Of a stretch of 64,000 nt of DNA, positions 1-8,829 are shown piece by piece. Numbering within the stretch: the first letter of the stretch is position 1; each line of letters opens with the position of its first letter. Origin of the DNA: an uncultured Ectothiorhodospiraceae bacterium (GTDB taxonomy: Bacteria; Pseudomonadota; Gammaproteobacteria; CAMYNG01); the NCBI GenBank assembly GCA_947259765.1, contig CAMYNG010000003.1, positions 35,540 to 99,539 of the forward strand, read 5' to 3'. The notes under the pieces were generated by a model, which saw nothing but the letters and a program-made list of their open reading frames with translations, ran no database searches and was not told where the DNA came from. Position numbers and translations under genes: made by a program.

Positions 1-697
1 TGCATTACCTAACCAATGGGGCAACGGCTTTCTGGTTGGCGGCCTGACCTCTTCCCGGAGTTACCATTTTCAGATCGCGGGCGATATTGTTGAAGGCGAA
101 CTCTCCGGAGTGGTGCTGGATTCAAGCATCCCTGTAGTTACCGGCCTGACGCAGGGTTGTTCGCCCATTGGCCCCGTGCACAGACTGACCAAATGCGATG
201 GCCACGTTGCGGTTGAGATCGACGAGCGACCCGCGTTGGAAGTCTTCAAGGAAGATGTTGGCGAGGTGTTGGCACGCGATCTGCGTCGCGTAGGCGGTTA
301 TATTTTTGCCGGCTTCCCGGTAACGGGTACGGATACCGGCGACTACATGGTTCGGAACCTGACAGGAATTGATCTTGACGAGCAACTCATCGGCATCGGC
401 GACAACCTGGAAGCGGACAGTAGCATCATGTTTTGTCGACGCGACACCGACACCGCCGTAAAAGATCTGCAGCGGATGCTGAATGACGTCAAGAGCCGAC
501 TCAGCGGCGAAGCCAAGGGCGGCCTGTATTTTTCCTGCCTTGGGCGCGGGCAAAACATGTTCGGTGCGCCGTCACGGGAAATGCAATACATCGCCGAAGT
601 TCTGGGTGATCTGCCGTTGGTAGGATTTTATGCCAATGGTGAAATTTCCGGTAACCGTCTTTACGGATATACGGGTGTATTGGTTCTCTTTAGCTGA
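1..697 (+). CDS. FIST-domain signalling protein, C-terminal part (5' end lies upstream of the window)
   Basis: The frame of ORF 110..697 stays open back to base 2. The C-terminal GFYANGEISGNRLYGYTGVLVLF is a typical FIST_C ending. Confidence 0.7.
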   Translation, partial: ALPNQWGNGFLVGGLTSSRSYHFQIAGDIVEGELSGVVLDSSIPVVTGLTQGCSPIGPVHRLTKCDGHVAVEIDERPALEVFKEDVGEVLARDLRRVGGYIFAGFPVTGTDTGDYMVRNLTGIDLDEQLIGIGDNLEADSSIMFCRRDTDTAVKDLQRMLNDVKSRLSGEAKGGLYFSCLGRGQNMFGAPSREMQYIAEVLGDLPLVGFYANGEISGNRLYGYTGVLVLFS

Positions 698-715
698 CCC
701 ACTTTGGAAGCGGAA

Positions 716-1759
716 ATGGAATACCGAAAACTCGGCACTACAACGATCGAAGTCAGTGTTATTTGCCTGGGCACCATGACGTTCGGTGAGCAGAACACCG
801 AAGCCGAGGCATTTGAGCAACTCGACTACGCACTGACCCAGGGCGTGAACTTCATTGATACCGCCGAGCTCTATGCGATACCCCCAAAAGCAGAAACCTA
901 TGGCCTGACCGAGCGTTATGTCGGTAATTGGTTGCACAAATCGGGGCGGCGCGAGAATGTAATCCTGGCGACCAAGGTAGTAGGCCCGGGCGCCGACTGG
1001 CTGCCGCATATTCGCCACGGCAAAATGCGTCTTGATCGTGCGAACATTGAGGCTGCGCTTAATGCCAGCCTGCAACGATTGCAGACCGACTACATCGATC
1101 TATATCAATTACATTGGCCGGATCGCAAAACCAATTTTTTCGGCCAACTGGGTTACGAGCACGACACACAGGACCAACCGATTCCAATAGAGGAAACCCT
1201 GCAAGTCCTCGGCGATCTGGTGCAAGCCGGTAAGATTCGACATATTGGCCTCTCCAATGAGACCCCGTGGGGTACGATGACGTTTCTGCAGCACGCAGAG
1301 CAAAAAGCGTTGCCGCGAGTCGTCAGCGTGCAAAACCCATACTGCCTGCTGAATCGCAGTTATGAAGTGGGTCTGGCGGAGGTGTCCATTCGAGAACAAT
1401 GCGGGTTGTTGGCCTATTCGCCACTGGGGTTTGGTGTGCTATCCGGAAAGTATCTTGGTGATGCCAACCCACCCGGCGCGCGCATCAGTCTGTTTCCCGA
1501 CTACACACGCTATTGTTCCGCCGCGGCCGAGCAGGCAACGCGGGACTATGTTGAACTGGCGCAGCAGCACGGACTCGACCCTGCGCAAATGGCGTTAGCG
1601 TATGTCAACCAGCGGCCGTTCCTGACCAGCACAATCATCGGCGCAACAAATATGGCGCAACTGCAAAGCAACATCGCCAGCATCGACTTGCAGTTGTCCG
1701 CAGAGGTATTGGCCGGAATTGAGGCGATCCACGACAGGCATCCGAATCCGAGTCCTTGA
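716..1759 (+). CDS. tas: NADP(H)-dependent aldo-keto reductase, Tas-like
   Basis: Near full-length resemblance to E. coli Tas as I remember it: LGTMTFGEQN, LTERYVGNWL, LQTDYIDLYQLHWP, SNETPWG, VQNPYCLLNRSYEVGLAEV, HGLDPAQMALA. The ATG at 716 is preferred over the TTG at 704. Confidence 0.9.
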   Translation: MEYRKLGTTTIEVSVICLGTMTFGEQNTEAEAFEQLDYALTQGVNFIDTAELYAIPPKAETYGLTERYVGNWLHKSGRRENVILATKVVGPGADWLPHIRHGKMRLDRANIEAALNASLQRLQTDYIDLYQLHWPDRKTNFFGQLGYEHDTQDQPIPIEETLQVLGDLVQAGKIRHIGLSNETPWGTMTFLQHAEQKALPRVVSVQNPYCLLNRSYEVGLAEVSIREQCGLLAYSPLGFGVLSGKYLGDANPPGARISLFPDYTRYCSAAAEQATRDYVELAQQHGLDPAQMALAYVNQRPFLTSTIIGATNMAQLQSNIASIDLQLSAEVLAGIEAIHDRHPNPSP

Positions 1760-1774
1760 TATAAGGAAAAGACG

Positions 1775-2116
1775 ATGGAATGTATTTTCTGCAAAATTTC
1801 CAGCGGCGATATCGAAAGCGACCGGGTTTACGAAGACGAGCACCTCGTCGCGTTTCGTGATGTGCACCCGCAGGCGCCGCAACATATCTTAGTCATACCA
1901 CGGCAGCACATCGCAACGCTCAACGATCTGCGTGAAGAGGATGTGTTGCTCGGCGGCAGGTTGTTCCAGACCGCGAGCCGTATTGCCGGTGAACTGGGCT
2001 TTGCCGACGAGGGCTATCGGCTGGTGCTGAACTGTAACCGACACGGTGGACAGACTGTGTACCACCTGCACTTGCATCTGCTGGCCGGCCGGGCCATGGG
2101 ATGGCCGCCGGGTTAA
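1775..2116 (+). CDS. hinT: HIT-family purine nucleoside phosphoramidase (HinT-like)
   Basis: Histidine triad HLHLHLL, AFRDVHPQAPQHILVIP and NRHGGQTVYHLH. The size is 113 aa. Confidence 0.85.
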   Translation: MECIFCKISSGDIESDRVYEDEHLVAFRDVHPQAPQHILVIPRQHIATLNDLREEDVLLGGRLFQTASRIAGELGFADEGYRLVLNCNRHGGQTVYHLHLHLLAGRAMGWPPG

Positions 2117-2133
2117 AAGAATTTAAACAGGCG

Positions 2134-3729
2134 TCAGGATTCTTCTGGCGCCGTTGCCGGGCCTTTCTGCAAATCCTGCGGCATAACCTGGATCCCGCCG
2201 GTTAAAACACTGGCGCGAAATCCTTTTTGTACCAACAGAAAGGCGGCAGCCGAACTCCTGTGACCGGTACGGCAGCAGCAAATATAATGCAAGTTGGTGT
2301 CCAGTTCATCCATGCGCAAACGCATTTCATGCAGCGGCATGTTGAGGGCACCGCGAAAATGACCGTGCTGATACTCGCGCGCGTGCCGCACATCCAGCCA
2401 GATCGCACCCATAAGGACCTGCGAACGTGCCTCGTCGGGAGACACCCGATTGATCATGGGTTCGCGCAACAAGTCGTTAAAGTCGTCTTTCGACAAACGC
2501 ATAACAGCACCATCGGATTTCATGGTGACCGTTGCATTGCGCTCGGTACCGCTGACAAGCGATTCCTCACCAAACGACGCGCCGGGTGACAGTGCCGCCA
2601 GGTCAATAGTTCGAGTTACCGCCGCTTCGCCGTCAACCAGGACATAATAGTAATCACCCAATTCGCCCTGCTGCACAATAGTTTCACCACTTTTCAGCGG
2701 TACGCGTTCCATCTTTTCCAGCAACGATTTGACGTTGGCTGGCGGCAGGTTCTTGAATGCCATGATGTGATGCATTTTACGTATCCATTCACCGGGCCGC
2801 CCGGGTTTTGGTGACCCCGCTGTCGTCGCCGTCGGCGCCGGCTTTGGATCTTGCGTTGCCACTGGTTCGGAAACTGGTGCGGACTCGGGTGCGGACCCGG
2901 GTGCAGTCTCAAGAGAAGGCGTGATGCTTTCGCTCTTAACCGTCCTGGGGGTGCGCTGAATTGTTTTTTCGTTGTCGGAAGAAGACAACGGCGCAGGGGA
3001 TTCCCGGGGCTCTGGCGACACCGTGCTTGGCGGTTCCTGGGCTGCCGTCGTATTAGCTATTTCAGTCGGCCTGATACTCGCAGCCGTTGCCTCGCCGGAA
3101 GAGCTCGGCTTCGTTTCCGCATCAGACGAACTTCGGTTTGCTGCAGGCAATGTCGATGCGGTATCCGTTGCCGCTTCAGGGTCGACGCTCCCCGAAGTGG
3201 AATCACCCGGTGCGTCATCCAACGCGACGATTTCAGTCTCTGGACTTGCATCGGCTTGCGCTTGTTTGCCGCTTTCCGCTTGCCGTGCTTCAGGCTGAGT
3301 TGCAATCTTGGTCTCAAGCTGAGTTTCAGCTCTAACCTCAATTTGGGGTGCGACCGGTGTTTCGGCAAGCTGGTCCCACATCATCATGTAATCCAGTACG
3401 CTGTTGTCAACGCGGACGATTTCAACATTGGTCAATGTAGTACAGGATGACTGGCGCGGTTGGCTGTCGTCGAGCGGAAAACGAGATTCGTCGGCGCGGC
3501 TGCTGACGGCCCTGTCGATGCCGCCGTCGGAAGATCGTAGCTGTACATCGCCACTGACAAGATAAACCGTTTGGTTGTCTACATCACCCTCGCGAAACAC
3601 GCTGACGCCCATAATCAGAGGCTCCACATAGGCCAGCGAGACCAATTCCCGCAAGCGTTCGTTGGAGAGCGCGGACAACGGTTCCAAACGCCTTAGTTGC
3701 TCAACATCGATAGGTGTTCTTTCTCTCAT
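2134..3729 (-). CDS. Dual cyclic-nucleotide-binding protein with low-complexity linker and C-terminal rhodanese domain
   Basis: There are two CAP-effector-type segments (FREGD..YLVSGDV and VQQGELGDYYYVLVDGEAAV..FGEESL). They are separated by about 230 aa of Pro/Ser/Thr/Ala/Glu-rich sequence. The C-terminus has a rhodanese-type active-site loop, CCCRTGHRS. Confidence 0.8.
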   Translation of the reverse strand: MRERTPIDVEQLRRLEPLSALSNERLRELVSLAYVEPLIMGVSVFREGDVDNQTVYLVSGDVQLRSSDGGIDRAVSSRADESRFPLDDSQPRQSSCTTLTNVEIVRVDNSVLDYMMMWDQLAETPVAPQIEVRAETQLETKIATQPEARQAESGKQAQADASPETEIVALDDAPGDSTSGSVDPEAATDTASTLPAANRSSSDAETKPSSSGEATAASIRPTEIANTTAAQEPPSTVSPEPRESPAPLSSSDNEKTIQRTPRTVKSESITPSLETAPGSAPESAPVSEPVATQDPKPAPTATTAGSPKPGRPGEWIRKMHHIMAFKNLPPANVKSLLEKMERVPLKSGETIVQQGELGDYYYVLVDGEAAVTRTIDLAALSPGASFGEESLVSGTERNATVTMKSDGAVMRLSKDDFNDLLREPMINRVSPDEARSQVLMGAIWLDVRHAREYQHGHFRGALNMPLHEMRLRMDELDTNLHYICCCRTGHRSSAAAFLLVQKGFRASVLTGGIQVMPQDLQKGPATAPEES

Positions 3730-3945
3730 GATTTCGAATCCATTTAATTATCCGGCGCTCGTCCCCACGAAAACCGCCCGCCGGATTTGGCGGAACTGTC
3801 TCTGTTGATAACGGCATCTTAAACGGATCCATTACCCGATTCCGCCCGTTGTTTATACTCTCCGTTTCCGGTGATATCCAGCTTTGCCGTGTTCCGAACA
3901 GGCCACCTGTCACTCGCGCCGTAACCGTTGTATTGCGTAACAAAG

Positions 3946-3961
3946 TGTGACTCCCTTCACA
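3946..3961. promoter_or_regulatory. CRP/Vfr-type palindrome TGTGA-N6-TCACA
   Basis: The sequence is aaagTGTGActccctTCACAact, with both half-sites perfect and 6-nt spacing. It lies in the 490-bp divergent intergenic region between the cNMP/rhodanese gene and the HDOD gene. Confidence 0.4.
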
Positions 3962-4219
3962 ACTTCCTGGTCAGGATTCATGAGGTTACTCAACATGGTA
4001 ACTCAAGCCTAATTCACAAAGCCCTGTTGTGCACGGATTACGGCCACCCGGATTGCGTTTTCCATTGTGAACCGTGAGAATGCCTAAACCTGTCCGTTAT
4101 GCCTTTGGTTTCAAGTGCACCGGAAAGAACTTGGGTGACAGGTATAAAAAAAATAAAACTGGAAACAACCACGGAGCCGGCCGGGACCAACGTCGAGAAT
4201 CGCCGGGATCGCCATTGAA

Positions 4220-5572
4220 GTGATCACTACACTTATCAAGATTCTGCTGGAAAAGCAGCAGTTACCGTATTCCACCATTACCGCACCGGGTCGGACCACC
4301 AGTGGGCAGTGGCTATTGCGTACCGTTGCAATGGAAAACCTTGCCACATTGGATCTGCTGGTCGATGCGGAAGGTATTGTCATGGCCATTTATCCGGCCA
4401 GCCATAAGCTCAATCTCGAACGCCTCAACGAACTCATGCGACGACAACTCGAACTGCTGGAGGAACAAACGGTCGACAAACTTATCCAGGACTGCAGGCA
4501 CGACGATAAACCGGAGTGTGAGCCACAGATCATTGTCGATGTAAATCTGAGCAACCAGGAGCATATTCACTTTCTTAACCCCGATGGTTCGGGCTTGATA
4601 CGCATCGACGCAAGCAAAGTGCAACTGCTGACGGATAATCTGCTCATAGGCAGCGCGATCTCCGACTCGCAATTATCGGAGGCTGAAGAGCCGATTGCTG
4701 ATGCGGACATTCCCCGGCTGGATATCAGAACCGCGCTGCACCGCCTTAAAAATCTTCCTAACATGCCGGGGTTCGCTGCCCGGGTTCTGCAATTGCGCGC
4801 CGATCCGGATGCCACTGTGGCGCAACTTGCGGACGTGGTTTCACAGGACGCGACATTGGCCGCACAAGTCGTTCGCTACGCGAATTCTGCATTCTTTGGC
4901 CAGGCAGGCAATATCAAGACCATTGAAGATGCGGTTTTTCGCGTACTTGGATTCGACGGCGTGGTTAACCTGGCTTTGGGACTGTCGCTGGTCAAGGGCT
5001 TCACACTGCCGGAAGCGGGGCCGCTAGGCCGTACCCGTTTCTGGCGCCACTCAACCTATAGCGCGGCACTGGCACAGAAGCTGACTGCATTGACCTCACC
5101 ACAGCTTGGCTTGAAGGCTGGCACCGCGTATCTCGCGGGCCTGCTGCATGATATCGGCTTCCTGGTCCTGAGCCAGTTGTTCCGTAGCGAGTACTTCTGG
5201 CTCAACAAACTTGCCGACTCACGCCCCGAGGTATCAATACGAAAGCTGGAAAACCAACTCCTGGGCACGGATCATACCGAGCTGGGCGCGATACTGTTGC
5301 AGTCGTGGAAATTGCCGGAGGAATTGATCGCGGTCGCGACCTATCACCATGATGTGAACTATGACGACAGCCACGCCGGGTATGTGTTGCTTGTTGTGCT
5401 GGTCGACCACGTCTTGAAGGCACATGGGCTTTCGGACGCCGATTCGGAAGATATCCCGCCATTTCTATTACAACGCCTGGGCCTTGAGGAAGACGTTGTC
5501 CTGACGGCAACCGACGAGGTCCTGCAGCAGGATCAGGCGTTGCGGGAGATGGTCGCCAGCCTTTGCGGCTGA
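4220..5572 (+). CDS. HDOD-domain signalling protein with YbaK-like N-terminal region
   Basis: HDOD signature stretch LPNMPGFAARVLQLRADPDATVAQLADVVSQDATLAAQVVRYANSAFFG, plus LLHDIGFLVL and GTDHTELGA. The N-terminal ~100 aa (LLVDAEGIVMAIYPASHKLNLERLNELM) resembles the YbaK/deacylase fold, tentatively. The start is GTG. Confidence 0.75.
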   Translation: MITTLIKILLEKQQLPYSTITAPGRTTSGQWLLRTVAMENLATLDLLVDAEGIVMAIYPASHKLNLERLNELMRRQLELLEEQTVDKLIQDCRHDDKPECEPQIIVDVNLSNQEHIHFLNPDGSGLIRIDASKVQLLTDNLLIGSAISDSQLSEAEEPIADADIPRLDIRTALHRLKNLPNMPGFAARVLQLRADPDATVAQLADVVSQDATLAAQVVRYANSAFFGQAGNIKTIEDAVFRVLGFDGVVNLALGLSLVKGFTLPEAGPLGRTRFWRHSTYSAALAQKLTALTSPQLGLKAGTAYLAGLLHDIGFLVLSQLFRSEYFWLNKLADSRPEVSIRKLENQLLGTDHTELGAILLQSWKLPEELIAVATYHHDVNYDDSHAGYVLLVVLVDHVLKAHGLSDADSEDIPPFLLQRLGLEEDVVLTATDEVLQQDQALREMVASLCG

Positions 5573-5598
5573 TCCAAGTGTCTACCCCTGGGTACGCG

Positions 5599-6192
5599 TC
5601 AAAGTTTCAATCCTCCAAACCGTCGGCGCATGAGCAGCCGTTGTAGCAACACTCCCAGCGCAAAGGCGGCAAACACGGCCAGAATTACCAGCGTGACTTT
5701 CCACCAGGAATCCGATCCCTTGATAAGCCGGATTCCTTCATCCTGCTCCTGCACCAGTTGCAAATGCAGATCAATGTTCTCTTCTTTCAGTTTGCGAATC
5801 TGGCCCGCAAGCGCCTGGGCGGTTTGCGCCGCTTCCTCAACACGCTGCTCAAGGTCCTCATGCTTTTCCTTTAGCTCAGTATGCTCAAGCTGCAAAGTCT
5901 CCAGCCGCAATCCAGCAGGTTTTTCACTCACTGCGTAGGTATCCTTAATCCAGCCTTCAACACCGGAATCAGCACGAATATTCAGGAATCCGTTTTTACG
6001 CTGCAGAACTTCCATAGACATCCCCGTGGTAACCACGTTGACCGGAGCAACGCGACTATCGGGAACAGGCCGGACACCAACACGTAAATAATCACTTACG
6101 TACACGGTTTCGGCCTTTACGCTTATTGGAATTAGTAGAAACATCAGCACAACTGATCTAAAAATCACTGTGCTGCCAATTCTCCCAGCCAT
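5599..6192 (-). CDS. SH3-domain membrane protein (TIGR04211/YgiM-like)
   Basis: Signal peptide, bacterial SH3 segment (YLRVGVRPVPD..GWIKDTY), coiled-coil region and a C-terminal TM helix with a basic tail. Confidence 0.7.
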   Translation of the reverse strand: MAGRIGSTVIFRSVVLMFLLIPISVKAETVYVSDYLRVGVRPVPDSRVAPVNVVTTGMSMEVLQRKNGFLNIRADSGVEGWIKDTYAVSEKPAGLRLETLQLEHTELKEKHEDLEQRVEEAAQTAQALAGQIRKLKEENIDLHLQLVQEQDEGIRLIKGSDSWWKVTLVILAVFAAFALGVLLQRLLMRRRFGGLKL

Positions 6193-6236
6193 AAATACTC
6201 CCCTGCGCCGTCTCTGTGAGCGGGTTGAATCAGGAT

Positions 6237-6620
6237 TTAGCGTCGAGCAACGGGGCGTACCACCGCCTCGCCCAAATCGTTATCATTTAGCAGAAGGCAA
6301 ACTTCACCGTCAATGATTTGGCATTCCAGTAATTCCAGCCGTCTGCCGAGACAAGGCCCTCGGACACACAGGCCATCATCCGGCTGAAACAACGCGCCAT
6401 GCGTCCCGCATTGCAAAAAGCGCTTGTCCTGGGTTAAAAATTGATCCGGCAACCAATTGAGGTTTACACCGGTGTGGGGGCACGAATTGACGTAAACCCT
6501 TGCCTGCCCGTCGCACTTGACGACGATCAATTCCAGAACCTCCCGGTTCACTTCCAGCTCAATACTGCGGGTCCCCGGATCCGGGACATCATTCCATGGG
6601 CAAAGCGGTCGAAATTTCAC
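6237..6620 (-). CDS. Rieske [2Fe-2S] domain protein
   Basis: CPH (SCPHTG) and CxxH (CGTHGALF) ligand motifs at the usual spacing. The size is 127 aa. Confidence 0.8.
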   Translation of the reverse strand: MKFRPLCPWNDVPDPGTRSIELEVNREVLELIVVKCDGQARVYVNSCPHTGVNLNWLPDQFLTQDKRFLQCGTHGALFQPDDGLCVRGPCLGRRLELLECQIIDGEVCLLLNDNDLGEAVVRPVARR

Positions 6621-6865
6621 AACTCTAGCCGCTTGCTTACGTCGGACTGAATGGTTGCTAACGATCGCTGCAAAGACTTATCCACCAAAAATGAAATTTT
6701 TCCTGCATAAACTCCAGCGACGATACTTTTCACGCATGAGCACATGGAAGCAGAAAAACACGGTTTTTTTCGAGAAAAAACTGCGCGAGACTCCACAATC
6801 TTAAACTTTATGCTATTGTATAGGCATTCTTAAACTAATACTGAAAAAACATTCCAGGAGCGCAT

Positions 6866-7300
6866 ATGGCCGTTAAAAAGAAAGCTAAAAAGAAAGTCTC
6901 GACAACCAAGAAGAAAGCGAAAAAGAAAGTCGCCAAAAAGAAAACCGCAAGCAAGAAAAAAGCCACCGCTGCCTCAAAGACAGTAAAATCCATTAAGGAC
7001 CCGTTTACAAAGTCTGCACTTTACGCCGAGCTCTCCGAACGCACCGGATTGACGAAAAAAGAAGTATCCTCTGTGTTTGATAATCTGGGTGACGTGATCA
7101 ATGGTCACGTTAAGCGCAACGCTGCCGGTATTTTCACACTTCCGGGCATGCTCAAGGTGAAGGTTGTCAGAAAGCCTGCTACCCGTGCACGCAAGGGCAT
7201 CAACCCATTTACCGGTGAGCCAACCGTGTTTAAAGCCAAACCTGCGCGTAACGTGGTAAAAGTGCAGCCGCTTAAGGCTTTGAAAGAAATGGTGAAATAA
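6866..7300 (+). CDS. HU/IHF-fold DNA-binding protein with lysine-rich N-terminal tail
   Basis: The C-terminal 95 aa is HU-like (LTKKEVSSVFDNLGDVI.., GINPFTGEPTVFKAKPARNVVKV). The N-terminal 45 aa is made of KKKAKKKV-type repeats. An AGGAG Shine-Dalgarno sequence lies upstream. Confidence 0.85.
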   Translation: MAVKKKAKKKVSTTKKKAKKKVAKKKTASKKKATAASKTVKSIKDPFTKSALYAELSERTGLTKKEVSSVFDNLGDVINGHVKRNAAGIFTLPGMLKVKVVRKPATRARKGINPFTGEPTVFKAKPARNVVKVQPLKALKEMVK

Positions 7301-7329
7301 GCACGTCTATTTGCACGCCAAATTATAGT

Positions 7330-7354
7330 GAGGCCAGTAAGGATGGCTGGCCTC
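7330..7354 (+). terminator. Hairpin downstream of the HU-like gene
   Basis: An 8-bp stem GAGGCCAG/CTGGCCTC with a 9-nt loop. The U-tract is weak. Confidence 0.35.
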
Positions 7355-7536
7355 TACTATTAACCCCACTCATCCCCGCTGTTCCAGGCCAAACAGCCTG
7401 CCAGCTCTAGCCATTTCCATTCCCTCCTGCTCCCAACCTAAAACCGGTGCGACGAATTTAGCGTTTTGCATTGCAAATTCGGCCGATGTTGGCTAATTGT
7501 TAATAACCGCTGAAATGACTTTGTAGGTAATCCGCC

Positions 7537-8133
7537 ATGTCTACCGCGTACCGCCCACTGCCAACAACCCGGCTGGCAATAAGCGCCAGTTATCACCGCC
7601 CACGCTATGCACTCCCCACGAAGGTTAATCTGGACAGCCCCGCCAGCCAGGCGATGACCGACCTCAAGCGTGTTTATGCGGTCACCATAGGGCCGACGGC
7701 AACGATTGATGACGCCAATCAGAAGATGAAAGCTAACGCGATACGGCTGCTGTTGGTCACCAACCCGAGCAACTATATCGTTGGCCTGGTCACTTCGACG
7801 GACATCCTGGGTGAAAAACCCGTCCTGTATATGCAAAAAACGGGGCTACCGCGTTCCGAGGTACAGGTTCATGATGTCATGACCCGGCAGGACCAGCTAC
7901 AGGTTATACAGATGGTTGATCTTGCCAATGCCCGCGTCGGTGATGTTGTGGAAAATCTCTTGCGCGACGGTCGCCAGCACGCACTGGTTGCCGATATTGA
8001 TGAAGCGACCATGCAGGAAACAGTGCGTGGAATCTTTTCCCTGGCGTCGATCGCGAGACAGGTAGGCACCACGCTCGACAGCACGAACGTGGCCACCACG
8101 TTTGCGGAGCTTGAACAGGCCCTTGTCAGTTAG
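7537..8133 (+). CDS. CBS-pair domain protein
   Basis: Two CBS-like units (IRLLLVTNPSNYIVGLVTSTDIL and HALVADIDEATMQETVRGIFS). Confidence 0.65.
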   Translation: MSTAYRPLPTTRLAISASYHRPRYALPTKVNLDSPASQAMTDLKRVYAVTIGPTATIDDANQKMKANAIRLLLVTNPSNYIVGLVTSTDILGEKPVLYMQKTGLPRSEVQVHDVMTRQDQLQVIQMVDLANARVGDVVENLLRDGRQHALVADIDEATMQETVRGIFSLASIARQVGTTLDSTNVATTFAELEQALVS

Positions 8134-8162
8134 ATTCGGTTCAGTCAGGAACCAGCGTACGC

Positions 8163-8720
8163 TTAGAAGCGGAAATTGACACCCAGCACAAATCCATCAT
8201 CCAGGGTCACCGTACCTTTGTTGGTCATATCGACCTCAAAATTCTGGTAGCCCAGATAGATAGTTGCCAGCGGGATTATTTGGTAGCCGACACGTACCCC
8301 GTAGTCCAGCAGGCCTTCACCATCACTGAAGGAAAGAATATCGGGCGCGCCGTACAAGTAGCCGCCCACTTCAAAACCGGGGATACTTACAGGTGACCAT
8401 GTGAGGTCACCGCCCAGAGCAATCGAGAAGCCGTCTGCTGAATTTGCGCGCGTATAATAGCCCCGAAATCCAATGGCGACGAGTAGGGGTGCATCCAGAT
8501 TTTCGCCACGGACATGGGCGCCAAAGCTCAGTGAGTAGTCGTCGCTGTCATTGAACATCACGCCACCGTTCAGTTCCATCGGCCCAACCAGTTTTCCAAC
8601 AGGATTGCTGACATAGTGAAACCGGGCGCTGTTTTCACCAATTTGAGCCGTCAGCACTTGCGCCTGGGTGACGCCGGTAAACGACACCAGGCTGACTAGC
8701 AAAATCAAACGTAACATCAA
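8163..8720 (-). CDS. Small outer-membrane beta-barrel protein (YfaZ-like, tentative)
   Basis: Signal peptide ending TQA, alternating beta-strand pattern and a C-terminal ..GVNFRF with terminal Phe. Confidence 0.65.
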   Translation of the reverse strand: MMLRLILLVSLVSFTGVTQAQVLTAQIGENSARFHYVSNPVGKLVGPMELNGGVMFNDSDDYSLSFGAHVRGENLDAPLLVAIGFRGYYTRANSADGFSIALGGDLTWSPVSIPGFEVGGYLYGAPDILSFSDGEGLLDYGVRVGYQIIPLATIYLGYQNFEVDMTNKGTVTLDDGFVLGVNFRF

Positions 8721-8829
8721 GAACTCTCCCGTATTTTCACTACATTACACTCCCCGCATGGGTGACGCAGGCCGTGCGCATAATAACCCGGATCGCGAAC
8801 AGAACCTATTCCATACCTCCAGAACGGGC

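Noticed and set aside
2694-3450. Several ORFs of 72-199 aa on both strands inside the cNMP/rhodanese gene (for example 2851..3450 +, 2972..3298 +, 3057..3368 -).
   Set aside because: They lie in the Pro/Ser/Thr-rich linker, where biased composition suppresses stop codons. Their products are Arg/Cys-rich nonsense, and the 531-aa frame has recognisable domains on both sides.
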